A stretch of 64,000 nucleotides of DNA, taken from NCBI GenBank assembly GCA_951406725.2, contig OX597823.1:29388001-29452000 (forward strand). The letters run 5' to 3'. The stretch comes from Octopus vulgaris (lineage: Eukaryota). Each line of letters starts with the position of its first letter. Position 1 is the stretch's first letter. The notes under the pieces were generated by a model. That model had not been told where the DNA came from, made no database searches, and worked only from the letters and a program-made list of their open reading frames with translations. A program made the translations under genes and the position numbers. This document shows positions 1-18,835 of the stretch, in pieces.

Positions 1-952
1 TAGGGGAGGGTCCAGTCGATTACATCGACCCCAGTATGCAAATGGTACTTAATTTATCGACCCTAAGAGATGAAAGGCAAGATAAACTATAATACTGACT
101 GAACAACTAAAGAATGCACAAGATGTTGATTCTGAAATTTCTATATTTTCATATCACATCGGAGAATTTCAAACGGTAGTTCAGAACAGTGGAGATCTTA
201 TGCTCCTTCTAAAGCTACATAAATATATGTTGATAATCTTAGCAATATCTTCTCATAGAACTGCATGGCTGTACGCGCATTTAAGACAAACCAGTCAAAT
301 AATTCGGATGATCTTGTCATATCGTGTTGTGTAGAGAACTCTTCTGGGCGTACAGAAAGGACGAAGTAGGAGTAAAGGGTAAAATATTCTCTGCAGTTCT
401 CACAAAGTATCGAATGTCGAAAAGCAAAAGTCTTTGCCACAGCAATCGTTCAAATAGAGATAGAGGTTTTTCTACTGAAGTCTTTCACCGAAAAATGGAG
501 TCTTTTTGAATCAGAGATGGTGGGGGAATTGCAGCCCACACTGTATTGCCCCGTACATCTACGGGCAATACATGAAAGTAAAATAAGAAGGACAATGAGG
601 GAAAATATGAATTGGAAAGGTAATGTAGAACAAGAATGGGTACGTTAGCATATTTGTTTTAAAAAGACAAACACAATAATTGGTGAACCTCCATTTTAAC
701 AAGACAGGAGATAGCTCAACTGCAGAATAACAATCATTTAATAAGAAGCTAGAGTACAAGACAGCAAAATAATAGAGATGGCAAATCAATGATACCAGAA
801 TAAGCTAGTGAAGGTAAATAACTTCGTATGGGGGACTTACTGATGCTTCTACCTGGAGTTAACGGGACGTAACAAATTTAAGGCTTCCTCCTCTCTTGTC
901 CGTTGAAAACGACTGATTCTGTTTGGTGTATATGGAAAGCTATTGAATAATA

Positions 953-1115
953 GGCGCAGGAGTGGCTGTGTGGTAAGTAGCTTGCTTACCAACCACATGG
1001 TTCCGGGTTCAGTCCCACTGCGTGTCACTTTGGGCAAGTGTCTTCTACTATAGCCCCGGGCCGACCAAAGCCTTGTGAGTGGATTTGGTAGACGAAAACT
1101 GAAAGAATCCCGTCG

Positions 1116-1203
<88 letters not shown>

Positions 1204-1371
1204 TGTGTCTGTGTTTGTCCCCCCAACCGATGCTGGTATGTTTACGTGCCCGTAACTTAGCGGTTCGGCAAAAGAGACCGATAAAATAAGTACTAGGCCT
1301 ACAGAGAATAAATCCTGGGGTCGATTTGCTCGACTAAAGGCGGTGCTCCAGCATGGCCACAGTAAAAGAGA
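953..1371 (+). mobile_element. tRNA-derived SINE, family A (CORE-like, internal TA/TG microsatellite)
   Basis: GGCGCAGGAGTGGCTGTGTGGTAAG head, GGTTCAGTCCC B-box-like motif, central (TA)n(TG)n, GTAAAAGA tail; more than 10 near-identical copies in the window. Confidence 0.85.
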
Positions 1372-2161
1372 ATACATAACGGGAAAAAATTTAACAAATA
1401 ATGCATTGAATAAAAGAGTGGACGAAATAAAGTACAAAAGTAAAGAAAATATTTGGGGGGAATTGTCAGTTGATTTCCGTGTAACAAATTGAGAGGGTCC
1501 AAACTCACTACAATGGAAAACCAGAGAAATCATCAACGGAAACGGATCGAGAAAATTATGAATTCTATGGAAGCAAAATTACCGAAAGTGAATAACATGG
1601 AGGGATGTAGGGTCACCTTAAGACTAAATTTTGTGAACCAGAAAATGCTGATCGATATCATCGACCCCTGTACTTGATTTTATTGACTCTTAAAGGATGA
1701 AGGTAAAGCTGACTACAGCAGAATTTGAAATCAGAATCTAAAGAGCCGGAAAGAATACGGCAAGGCAGTTTTCCGACGCTCTAGCAATTCTGTCAGTCTA
1801 ATAATAACCTCAAGAACAAAAGTTACGATATATAGACTATATGACTATCTGTTTGTGTAGATATTCAATTACCATGTGCAAAACCTGTAACACTCATTTC
1901 CTTTGAAGTATTATAGTTTGTGAAACAACAACAATAACGGTACATATTACAAAATCAACAACAAAAATAAAACACACACACAACACAATAGGAGGTATGA
2001 AAAGATATGAAAGAAGAAATAAATAGTTTTGTTCAATGATTAAATATTCTAGAGTTGGTGCATTGGGAGTTGAGGAACTGAAGGTAACTTAACCCACAAC
2101 CCAGGAGATAAACAAATATATTATCAGAAAACAAAGAGAGAAATAATAACATGCAGACAGT

Positions 2162-5400
<3,239 letters not shown>

Positions 5401-5650
5401 ATGTACGGACGTATGAATATGTGCGTGTATATGTTTGCGCCTGTGTGTCTCTGTTTTTGCATTCATATCTAAACCCACATACACACACTTTAAGGCAAAC
5501 ATTATATGTATATATGTGTGCATTAATGTGTGTATGCGTGTATGTACGTATTTATATATTCACAAATACACGTACATGCATATATACTTACACGCACACA
5601 CATATATATATAGTCTGATGTACAACAAATATATATATATATATATATAT

Positions 5651-6437
5651 AATTATAAATTAGGGTATCTACGAGATACCACCATGCTGAAAATAGCAGC
5701 CATGATCTGACTTTAAAATCACTTTAATTGTCCATATATCAACACGGAGAGAAAACAAAGAGACAGCATGGTAGTATCTCGTAGATACCCTAATATATGA
5801 CTTTAATAATTATTACCTTTGAAGGTTATTTTTTCCATGCTGACCACTTGATAAAATCGTTCATTTATTTTTAATTTAACGATCTTATCTTTATTTATAT
5901 AAATTTAAATTTATTTCATCACTGTATTTAATGCGGCGATATTTTGACCATATCTCACATGGAATTAAGCGGCGGACATTTTGAACTGGCCATGATGCAT
6001 ACTTGCATATATATATATATGTAGGTATACGTTCGTATATGTAAGTATTCGTATATGTTGTATCTATATATATATATGTATTTATGTTTATCTTCTGTGT
6101 GTATTCTACTGACGAGGAAAAGCAATCATAAATGCAAAGTCAGAAATCCGGATCTAGAATTATCCAGTAATTTTTTACTAGTTTCATCTTGTCTCTTTGT
6201 TTTCTCTCCGTGTTGATATATGGACAATTAAGGTGGTTTTAAAGTCAGATCATGGCTGCTATTTTCAGCATGGTGGTATCTCGTAGATACCCTAATTTAT
6301 AATTTTAATTATTATTACCTTTGAAGGTTATTTTAATAATTATTACCCTTGAAGGTTATTTTTTCCATGCTGACCACTTGATAAAATCGTTTATTTATTT
6401 TCATTTTAACGATCTTATCCTTATTTATATAGATTTT
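5651..6437. mobile_element. Penelope-like terminal-repeat structure (inverted plus direct repeats) containing a hammerhead motif
   Basis: ~5651-5765 is the reverse complement of ~6190-6304; ~5764-5905 is directly repeated at ~6266-6437; hammerhead core at 6103-6160. Confidence 0.6.
6103..6160 (+). ncRNA. Type I hammerhead ribozyme motif
   Basis: ATTCTA-CTGACGA-[weak stem II]-GAAA-TCCGGA-TC-TAGAAT; 6-bp stem I, palindromic stem III, AUC triplet. Confidence 0.6.
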
Positions 6438-6438
6438 T

Positions 6439-6470
<32 letters not shown>

Positions 6471-6471
6471 G

Positions 6472-6538
<67 letters not shown>

Positions 6539-6554
6539 ATAAATAAATAAATAA

Positions 6555-6654
<100 letters not shown>

Positions 6655-6670
6655 ATAAATAAATAAATAA

Positions 6671-6724
<54 letters not shown>

Positions 6725-6747
6725 TAGGTAGATAGATAAATAAATAA

Positions 6748-6801
<54 letters not shown>

Positions 6802-6912
6802 GTGTGCGTGTGTGGGTGTATGCGTGTATAGATGTATGCGTGTGTGCGTATATATATATATATATATACACCTATTTGCATGCGTGTATTCACATATATA
6901 TAGATATGTTCA

Positions 6913-6960
<48 letters not shown>

Positions 6961-7214
6961 TACATATATGCATACATGTACTTACGTGCGCATTCATGAA
7001 GATATACATAATATTTATAAACATACATACATAAATTGCATATATACATGCATACAGACAGACATCCATCCATCCATACATACATACATACATACATACA
7101 TACATACATACATGCATACATACATACATACATACATACATACATACATACATACATACATACATACATACATACATACATACATACATACATACATACA
7201 TACATGCATGCATA

Positions 7215-7797
7215 CAACTGTGTACAGCTGTAGAAATCAACTGCCCAGCGGATGTTAATATAAAGCTGAAGATCAGTGAAAAAGAGAACACCTATGCTGA
7301 ACTATTGAGAAATCTGCAGTTACTCTATCCAGATTACAACTTCAAGTAATTATTGGGACCCTGGGATATGTAACACACTACCTAAATACCAATCTTGAGA
7401 AATCAGGCTTCTCAAAACCAAAAAGTAGAAAGCTTATTAGAAGAGTACAGATCTAATCCATCATGGGAACTGTAAGAATTTGTAAAACTTTCCAGAAGTT
7501 TATCATTTAAATATATATGAGCATGTCTAGATATGTAGCTATATGCATGAGAATACATACATAAAGCAAAGCATACAAACATACAAATCTGCACGTGTAC
7601 ATACATACATACAAACATACATACATACATACATACATACATACATACATACATACATACATACATACATACATACATACACACATAAAGATACTCTGTT
7701 GTTGATTCTGAAATTCCAATGAAGGAGCCTTCCATCTAGGTTAGAAACCGGCTCTTTCCCTATTGGCGAGAAATCTTTAAATAAAACTGAATAGTGA
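7215..7797 (+). pseudogene. 3' fragment of a restriction-like-endonuclease (REL) non-LTR retrotransposon with 3' UTR
   Basis: Hand translation QLCTAVEINCPADVNIKLKISEKENTYAELLRNL...VIIGTLGYV...GTVRICKTF with frameshift and stop; (TACA)n on both sides. Confidence 0.65.
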
Positions 7798-8076
7798 CAT
7801 ACATACATACATGCATATATACATATATACAAATATACATACATACACACACATACATACATACACACACATACATACATATACACACACACATACATAC
7901 ATACAAATATATTCATACATACTTACACATACATATATACATACAGACATACATACACACACACACTATTTTACTAAACCTGAAGAATCTTTACCATTCT
8001 TTATTCAGTGTTTCATGTGATTACTCCTCAAACATATGCAACACGCACTCACACATGTCTTGTTGTGTGTGTGTGT

Positions 8077-8135
<59 letters not shown>

Positions 8136-8949
8136 CGTGTGTGTGTGTGTGTGTGTTAATTGAAATTTGACGAGTTTGTTTGTCGCTAATTTATTCACTC
8201 CATTACAAGTTGATTTCTTCATTCTGTGCTTACTAAATTATTCACTCCATTGCCAGCTAATTTATTTGCGTCGACGCTAACCAGTGTCTCACGCTGCTTG
8301 CCATTCTCTACGCGACAAAGTGAATCATCATAATTATATATATATGTATACCATACATACGTACACGCATATATTACATTCGTACGCGAGTCTGTGTGTG
8401 TGTGTGTGCGTGCTTGCATGAGGGGAGGATGAATTGGTTTAAGATTGAAAATACATCCGGGTCTTAAACGAGCGATAGTTTTTTTAGCTGGTTTATAATT
8501 TATTAAAATGCCAAACCAATTTCGGTACTTCATTTCTTTCTTTTTCTTCTTTTCTCTTTATTTTTTTTTTTAGTGGGTAATAGCGTAAGTAAGATAAAAC
8601 TTTTTAAACAATGCGAATGAACAGGGAAAGTTTTCGTGCGACAAAATATCCTCAAAAATCAAATTTTTAGGTTTCGTGTCAAAATGTTATACTGAAAATT
8701 CAAGTCTTCAGCAAGTTTCACAGTAACAAGAAATGAATATTCAAATATTCAATAAATTTCGAAGAAATAACACGTCTTAGAAATTTGAAATTTCGACAGA
8801 TTTCAGAGCAATAAGTTATTTTGAAAATTAGACATTATGGAAATTTTGAAGAATACGAAAGACATTTTTGACAATTTTTGTTGTGTTGTATGAAGGAGAT
8901 TTACTCGTTCTCTTTACTGGTGGAATGAAACTATGTTTCAGTCTGTTAT

Positions 8950-9410
8950 TGTTTTGTATATATGTTTTTAAGACATCTTTCTGGAGTTGGGTTCTTGCAT
9001 CTGTTGGCAGTTGACCCTCATTCTATGCCTTAGAATTAATACTATTTGTCCAATGTAGTCTTCACCGCACTAACCACATTTGACAACAGATTTATTGAGA
9101 CACAAGTGAAACCACTTTTTACGGTAAATGTTTGTCCTGATTTAAATTCCTACGACAAGCTCTCGATGAGGTTGATGCAGGTTCCTCAATTATACGGTTA
9201 CAGTTTTGGACTACAAAGGTTCTATCTTTGGTGAGTAACTTGGCGCTAGCAAGTTGTCTTTTACATTTGTTTTTTGTGTTTTGAATGCCTTTTACATTCG
9301 AGGATCGTTCGTCAAAACAGAGATGTTCTGAGTAATGTGTAATTCTGTATTTCTTCGATTATGTGTTGGTTGAGTGATTCAAGAAGGTTTCTTAATTCTT
9401 GGCTGTTTAT
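8950..9410 (-). pseudogene. Decayed Penelope GIY-YIG endonuclease fragment
   Basis: Minus strand reads FKSGQTFTVKSGFTCVSINL...CGEDYIGQ...LRHRMRV, broken by indels. Confidence 0.55.
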
Positions 9411-9627
9411 CGTTTTTTTTTTTCAGTTTCCTTATTGATTAAACCTATTGGGTATTGTCTTTCGAGTAATATATATTCGAAGACCTTAGAATCATTTATC
9501 ACGGGGTTCAAGATTGGATAGAATTGTGCAGATTCTTCTTCCCCAGTTACCAATGTACATGTATGTGCGTGTGTTCGTGTATGTATGTATACACACATAT
9601 ATAAACATATTTCTATATTTATATCAA

Positions 9628-9698
<71 letters not shown>

Positions 9699-9785
9699 TG
9701 ATATAAATATATATATATTGTGTGTGTACGTATATATGTATGTATATATATATATATATATGTATCTATGTATGTGTGTAAAATT

Positions 9786-10335
9786 AACAGCGGATCTTGA
9801 AGCAATCCAGAGAAGATTCACAAAGAAGATAGTCTCTTTGCAACAGCTCAGCTACTGGGAAAGGTTGAAACAGCTAAGACTCTACTCCCTGGAGAGAAGA
9901 CGGGAGAGGTATGCAGTAATATATGTCTGGAAGATCCTGGAAGGAATTGTGCCAAATTTTGGCATTGTAAGCTACACCAATGCTAGAACGGGACGACACT
10001 GTATAGTGCCAAAGATCCCAGCAATGCCATCACGCTTCAGGACCAGCTTCTGCAACAGCCTGGGTTTCAAGGGCCCACAGCTTTTTAATATTCTCCCAAA
10101 GAGTCTGAGGAACTTGCACAAAGTAGATGTAGCGGTTTTTAAATCAAAGCTGGACATCTTCCTGTCGAGAGTCCCAGATGAACCTACCTCACGGCAAGAG
10201 ATGCAAATGAGAGTAGCTATATCAAACTCCATTCTTCACCCAAGTGCCACATATTAGACGAGGCTCTTCGCAATAACAGTGTAGCACAAAACGGCGGTGC
10301 ATCAGCATAGCCGCAGCTCTGAGCTGAAACCAGAG
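9786..10335 (+). mobile_element. CR1-group LINE ORF2 C-terminus and 3' UTR (5'-truncated)
   Basis: [12 protein letters not shown]...[22 protein letters not shown] motif in ORF 9514..10257; A-rich end near 10335. Confidence 0.85.
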
Positions 10336-10360
10336 AAAAAAAAAAAATATATATATATAT

Positions 10361-10770
10361 AGGAGTGGCTGTGTGGTAAGTAGCTTGCTAACCAGCCACA
10401 TGGTTTCGGGTTCAGTCCCACTGCGTGGCATCTTGGGCAAGTGTCATCTGCTATAGCCCCGGGCCGACCAATGCCGTGTGAGTGGATTTGGTAGACGGAA
10501 ACTGAAAGAAGCCCGTCGTATATATGTATATATATATATAAGTGTGTGTGTATATGTTTGTATGTCTGTGTTTGTCCCCCTAGCATTGCTTGACAACCGA
10601 TGCTGGTGTGTTTACGTCCCCGTCACTTTGCGGTTCGACAAAAGAGACCGATAGAATAAGTACTGGGCTTACAAAGAATAAGTCCCGGGGTCGATTTGCT
10701 CGACTAAAAGGCGGTGCTCCAGCATGGCCGCAGTCAAATGACTGAAACAAGTAAAAGAGTTAAAAGAGTT
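10361..10770 (+). mobile_element. SINE family A
   Basis: Same sequence as 953-1371. Confidence 0.85.
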
Positions 10771-10789
10771 ATATAAATATAAATATATG

Positions 10790-10903
<114 letters not shown>

Positions 10904-11842
10904 TGTGTGTGTGTGTGTATATATACATTGATGCATACATACATATATGTACTGGGTATTAAGATGCTAGAAATAGCAGCTAGAACTCGCCTGTTTTATA
11001 ACCGTGCCGTCTTACAAGTGTGTAGGGCATGTTAAATAAAGCTATCTTCGCAACTCTTAAAACGACGTGTTGGTTACGGCTGGAAAGCCTTTTATCAGAG
11101 GTCTGTTTGTTCAGACCTGACCTGAGTAGGATGGACTAAATAACAATAAACATAAACAACAAATAAATGTTGGGAATTTAACAAAAAGAAACACATAAAC
11201 TTAGCGCTCCAGTTTCTCATCCGTTTTGGCCATTTAACACTGACCTAAATAAGGAGTGATTAACAACCATTCTGTCAGCCGACGTTGATGGAGAACCAAT
11301 GAAGATAATTCCATTTAAAGAATCACGGCAGCAGATCAACAATAATTTTCCTAACTGGAGATTTCTGACCAATAACTCACCTGAAACACCGTTTTACTCT
11401 TCTTCACTCAAACACCATAAATTCAGGCAAACAATTTTATTGTTCTTTACTGTTGAGGGTTGTTTGTTGTGTACTTTTGGTTGTATATTTTCGTTTTAGC
11501 TTTTTAGTTTTGTGTATGTGACTATGATTTCTAAATAACTTTGAGGAAAAAAATCAATATATTGTGGGAAATAAGCGCGAGTATAGCTGGGAAGTTAAGC
11601 AATTCGTAGGTTCGGATTCCCAAGTCCCACTTCACTGCAATTCGGGCACGCTTCTTCTACTATAATCCTGGACCAATCAAAGTTTGTGCTGTGAGTGAAT
11701 TGGGTACAGAAGCCTGTTGTATGGTAAATATTAGTTTTATTTTGTCATTCAATTTCATTCCATTTCCTGGAAGATTTTGAAGAATGTTGCACCTGTATGT
11801 TTAGAAACTATGGAACAATTTCTTCATTACTTCTATCTAACC

Positions 11843-13406
<1,564 letters not shown>

Positions 13407-13407
<1 letters not shown>

Positions 13408-13812
13408 CTTCGTAACACAGTGTTGGTAAAAATGCACCGGAGTCTTTAGTCATCTGTCAAGTCACGACAAGGACCTCAGACAGACGATACTTTCCTTAAG
13501 ATGTGCACTGTGCCCAATTTGGCTGCTTTTTACAAGACATTAATCGTACTTTGGATTTCTAATTGCCTTAAGAAGTCTTGAAGTTTCAATGGAATTGAAT
13601 CCAACTTTCCGATCACCACTGGTATCACTTTTACAGTACCCTCTCGCATTCCATACAGTCTTGCCATTTCCACTTTCAATTCGGAATACTTGGTGATTTC
13701 TTCGACTTCTTAACTCACAATGTTCATGTCATTTGGCATGGCTACATCAATGATCTGACAGTATTTGTCTCTCTTATTCAGTATGACAATATCCAGCCGA
13801 CAGCGTTCAATG
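13407..13812 (-). pseudogene. R4/Dong-type REL LINE 3' fragment whose 3' end runs into the (TAA)n tract
   Basis: Hand translation ERCRLDIVILNKRDKYCQIIDVAMPNDMNIVS*EVEEITKYSELKVEMARLYG...IPVVIG...LGTVHILRK. Confidence 0.8.
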
Positions 13813-14049
13813 ATGGGCCTTTCTTCCCACATCGGTTACCCATCTTAACTTTGCTAAATGTCATTGTTTTTGGTATTTGTGCAGTTACAAAAGTAACAGA
13901 GAAAACGAGTCACCTTGGAAGATTGCCCTTTTAATATTAACTTCACCAAGGAATACATTACTTGAGTACAATTTGGTTTTCCACTCTTTCGTGCTATGCA
14001 TCAGAAAATTTGTCAGCAACACCAAACATCAGCAAGCATCATTCTGAAG

Positions 14050-14828
14050 TCTTATTTTTATCACGTACTTTCACTACACTACCGAGCGTAGCTCTATGTT
14101 CCTTGGGTATGTGCGGTGGTTTGTTGTAATACTCTTATTGTTACTGTATAAAAATGTTTTACGCAGGATGTGTGTGGTGCCTAGTAGTGCTATTCTCTGT
14201 AGGTTATATATACTTGTTAGTCCTGGTGTTTTTGTTATGTATTAGACTGAATATTTTTTTATCCTACTTAATGCGACTGTTATGATAGGAATTCTTTCTG
14301 CTTTTAGACTCCCCAATCGAGTTACCTCTATTTCCAGGTCTTTGTATTTTGAAAGTTTCTCCATATCTTTTAGATAAACTTTGTCATCTGTTGGTATTGA
14401 TACATCGATTAAAAGTATTTTTCTTGATCTCTGACAACTATATCTGGTCTATTGGTCTTAATTTCTCTATCTGTGTGCATTAGCATATCCTATAGTACTG
14501 TTGCTTTCTCATTTTCTGTTTCCTTTTCAGGCGTGTGCTTATACCATCTTTTTTCTGTTGTTATTCCATAGTGTTGGCAGAGCTTCCAGTGTATGTACGC
14601 CCCAACTCTGTCATGTCTGTGAATATATTCCTTCTTGGCCAAGACTGGGCAGCCAGAGAGAATGTGGTTTATTGTTTTATGTCCATCTCCACATATTCTG
14701 CAGTTACTTGTTATGTTTCTTTTCATTAAATGTTTTTTGGTAATTTCTGGTGGGAAGGCTTTGGTCTTGTGCAGCAATTAAAATTCCTTCAGTCTCTGCT
14801 TTGAGTCCTGAGATTCTCAACCATTGCT
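14050..14828 (-). pseudogene. Second R4/Dong-type REL LINE 3' fragment
   Basis: CRICGDGHKTINHILSGC zinc motif, RHD, then RPDIVV...IDVSIP...KYKDLEIE. Confidence 0.85.
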
Positions 14829-14894
14829 ATGTATATGTATATATATATGTATGCATGTATGCCTGTATGTATGTATGTATGTATATAGAGAGAG

Positions 14895-15196
<302 letters not shown>

Positions 15197-15242
15197 CACA
15201 TATATATATGTATGTGTATGCATATATATATGTGTGGGGGTG

Positions 15243-15320
<78 letters not shown>

Positions 15321-16830
15321 CATATATATATATACTTTATTTAAAAGCAGCAGAAATTCAAATTTTAAATAAAGCATATTACATATATAGAGAGAGATAG
15401 ATAAATGTGTGTATGAATATATATGTGTATATATATGTGCGTGTGTGTGCATATATGTGTGTGTGCCTGCGTGTGTGTATGTGTATACATATGTATGAAT
15501 GTATATAATGCATGCATATATGAGGAGGGATTTCCGCGCGATTTCCCCAAGCAAATTCACTTACAAGCCATTGGTCGCTCCAGGACGATAATAGAAAAAA
15601 GTATCGAAGGTACTGTACTTGGAGGGAACTGAACCCGTAACCACCTGGTTGGGAAACGAGCTTCTTAACCATACAGCCATGTTTGCACCTTCATAAGCAC
15701 TCAGGTACAGCTTTTAGAAATATCCCATATTTTGTCTAAACTGCAAACTGGCAGAATCGTTAGTGTGTCGCGAAAACGCAAAACAATATTCTCTGCGACA
15801 GCCTCCGTTCTCAACGGGGGTAATTTTGCCTTCTATTCTTTCCACTTCGACAAAATAATGTGCCTATATCAAGCCCTGGATTGATGTAATTGATCAGCTC
15901 TGATCGATCAGCTCCCTTCGCCAACTTTCATGTCTTATGCCTATAGTAGAATCAATTGTCATTGTTCTTGTAATGCAAAAGAAAATATCGACACGAATGT
16001 TGAGTTGAACAGGGATGAGAGATCGGTGCGGTAAGAATGTTACTTAACGGTTGAAGGATGTTGTTCGATATGATGGAAGATGTGTCAGGAATAAATGAGA
16101 GATATGTCACTAATCACAAGAGATTAGGCTGGAAATGGCAGGCATCTTAATAGATAAATGGAAATGGAGGTCGATGCGAGAATGTTTTTAGCATCAGAAG
16201 ACATTTTAGAATACACAAGAGATAATACTTGCACGTAATTATTTCTGTGAATATATTAGTTATCTCAGGAAATGTCTGTACATCAATATCACCGAAATTC
16301 ATTGGATCAATATGGATATTGTATTGATAACGTATTAGGATTTCAGTAATTTGAAAGAACAGACCTGATATTTCTTCAGCAGAATTGGAATCATTCGGGA
16401 GATAGTTTCCTGTCCACATAGTACAAGCAATTAGGACATTACAAGTCCTCGATCTTCATATTTATGTTTCTAAGTTGACACAAATTTACAATGGATTAAT
16501 ATCCAACGAGAATTTTAGACAGATTACAGGATAATAACTAATTTGCATTCCTATATAGTTATTCATTTAAGCTACTTAGCTTTCAGCTTAACTTTGACAC
16601 CACTTTAAGCTTGGCATTAATCATATTATGAGCTTCGCACTGACCTGTCTTCAAACTTCAAATCAACTATAGCTGAAATTCTAAATTAGTCATAACTCAG
16701 TCGTTCGCCCTTATCCTGCTTTAAATTCAAATGGAATCAGATCTGAACCGCAATATTAACCACTCTTCCAGGATCGGCCATCTTTCAAATTTCCTATTAA
16801 CCATCCTTTAACAATAAACATCCATTGTTA

Positions 16831-17050
16831 AGGTGGCGAGCTGGCTGAAGCGTTAGCACGCCGGACGAAATGCTTAGCGGTATTTCGTCTGCCATTACGT
16901 TGTGAGTTCGAATTCCGCCGAGGTCGACTTTGCCTTTCATCCTTTCGGAGTCGATAAATTAAGTACCAATTACGTACTAAGGTCGATCTAATCGACTGGT
17001 CCCCCCCCAAAAAAAAATTTCGGGCCCTGTGCCTAGAGTAGAAAAGAATA
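16831..17050 (+). mobile_element. tRNA-derived SINE, family B
   Basis: GGTGGCGAGCTGGC...GAGTTCGAATTCC head; GACTTTGCCTTTCATCCTTTCGG body resembling the Meta domain (recalled); other copies near 1, 1650, 18371, 27605, 48265. Confidence 0.8.
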
Positions 17051-17114
17051 AACACGCATTGCTGCAAACGCAGCATTGACAAAACATTAAGTTCAGTATT
17101 CTATCGTATAACCT

Positions 17115-17379
17115 TTATTTGTTGTATGCTTTGAGCTATGGCCATGCTGGGGCACTGTAAAGAAGGGTTGAGTCGAACAAATTGACCCCAGGGCTTATTT
17201 GTTTTCAAAGTTTGTATTTATTCTATTGGTCTCCTGTAGTGAAACCGCTACAATGGCATATACAAACCAACACCGGTTGTAAGGTGATGGGAAACACATG
17301 CATAAACACAAATACACGCACACAAATATATACATATATATATGTGTGTGTATATACAGAAATATATATATCTATATAC

Positions 17380-17414
<35 letters not shown>

Positions 17415-17530
17415 CGAATACGAAAAACCAAATTCACTCCAAAGGCATCGATCGCCACGCCCTGGGATTGAACCTGAAACCATGTAGTTGCAAAGCGAAC
17501 ACCTTAGCCACACATCTGTTCCTGCGCCTA
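17115..17530 (-). mobile_element. Diverged SINE family A
   Basis: Reverse-complement similarity to family A head and tail. Confidence 0.65.
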
Positions 17531-17747
17531 ACCATGCTTTAATCTTATCATTTCCTCAAGATACAGACATTATTTAAGACTGGTATTCTTATAAATTCAC
17601 TTCACTTGAAACTTGCTCCCCAACACTCGCCAACATCCGACCCACTGACCTATTCTCTCATCTGGCTACTCTTTCCACAATATCAATCCTGAGTCTAGGA
17701 CAATAACCCCTGAGGACAACAGATGATGATTTAAAACTTCTTAATAT

Positions 17748-17924
17748 AGGCGTAGGAGTGGGTGTGTGGTAAGTAGCTTGCTTACCAACCACATGGTTCC
17801 GGATTCATTCCCACTGCGTGGCACCTTGGTCAAGTGTCTTCTACTATAGCCTCGTGCCGACCAAAGCCTTGTGAGTGGATTTGGTAGACGGAAACTGAAA
17901 GAAGTCCGTCGTATATATGTATAC

Positions 17925-17988
<64 letters not shown>

Positions 17989-18186
17989 ATGTGTTTGTGT
18001 TTGTCCCCCAAAATCGCTTGACAACCGATGCTGGTGTGTTTACGTCCCCGTAACTTAGCGGTTCGGCAAAAGAGACCAATAGAATAAGTACTAGGCTTAC
18101 AAAGAATATGTCCTGGGGTCGATTTGCTCGGCTAAAGGCGGTGCTCCAGCATGGCCACAGTCAAATGGCTGAAACAAGTAAAAGAG
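17748..18186 (+). mobile_element. SINE family A
   Basis: Full-length copy. Confidence 0.85.
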
Positions 18187-18595
18187 TATATCTCTTCTCC
18201 CTATGTACCTTCTCTATATGTCTTCTACCAATACCAGACAGTTCTGACTTTGTGCGTCTCTTCACTAATAAACTGTTTACTCTCGATCACGAACGGTGAC
18301 GTTTACTCTCACTACGTAGGATTTCTGTCCGAATGTCAACAGGTTTTTTTAATAATTAGTATTGCATATAAGGTGGCGAGCTGGCAGAATCGTTAACGCT
18401 CCGGGAAAAACGCTAAGCAGCACTCCATCCGTCATTATGTTCTGTGTTCAAATTCTGCTGAGATCGACTTTGCTTTTCATCATTTCGAAATCGATGCAAT
18501 AAGAAGCATTTGAAAACAGGAGTCAATTTATCCTCTTCCCTGAAATTGCTGGCCTTGTGCCAAAATGTAAAACCAATAGTTAGTATAGCATATAG

Positions 18596-18762
18596 TATTT
18601 TATTTACATTTGACGGAAATTTGTCCTCATCTAGTTTGTTGTTAACACAACGTTTCGGCTGATATGCCCTCCAGCCTTCATCAGGTGTCTTGGGGAAATT
18701 TCGAACCTGGGTTCTCATTCCTAAGGTATGTTTTGATGTTATCATTATTATCATTATTGTTA

Positions 18763-18835
<73 letters not shown>

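Noticed and set aside
542-572. Hairpin TGTATTGCCCCGTA-CATC-TACGGGCAATACA
   Set aside because: Real inverted repeat but isolated; could not link it to element termini or an RNA family
7700-7760. CAATGAAG...GAAACCGG as another hammerhead
   Set aside because: No CTGANGA core and no stem I
8184-8252. Short direct repeat CTAA(T/A)TTATTCACTCCATT twice
   Set aside because: Could be a regulatory motif pair, but two copies alone give no support
16000-16830. Non-repetitive-looking stretch as a possible exon or TE coding remnant
   Set aside because: No recognisable protein motif or convincing splice-bounded frame by eye; needs BLASTX
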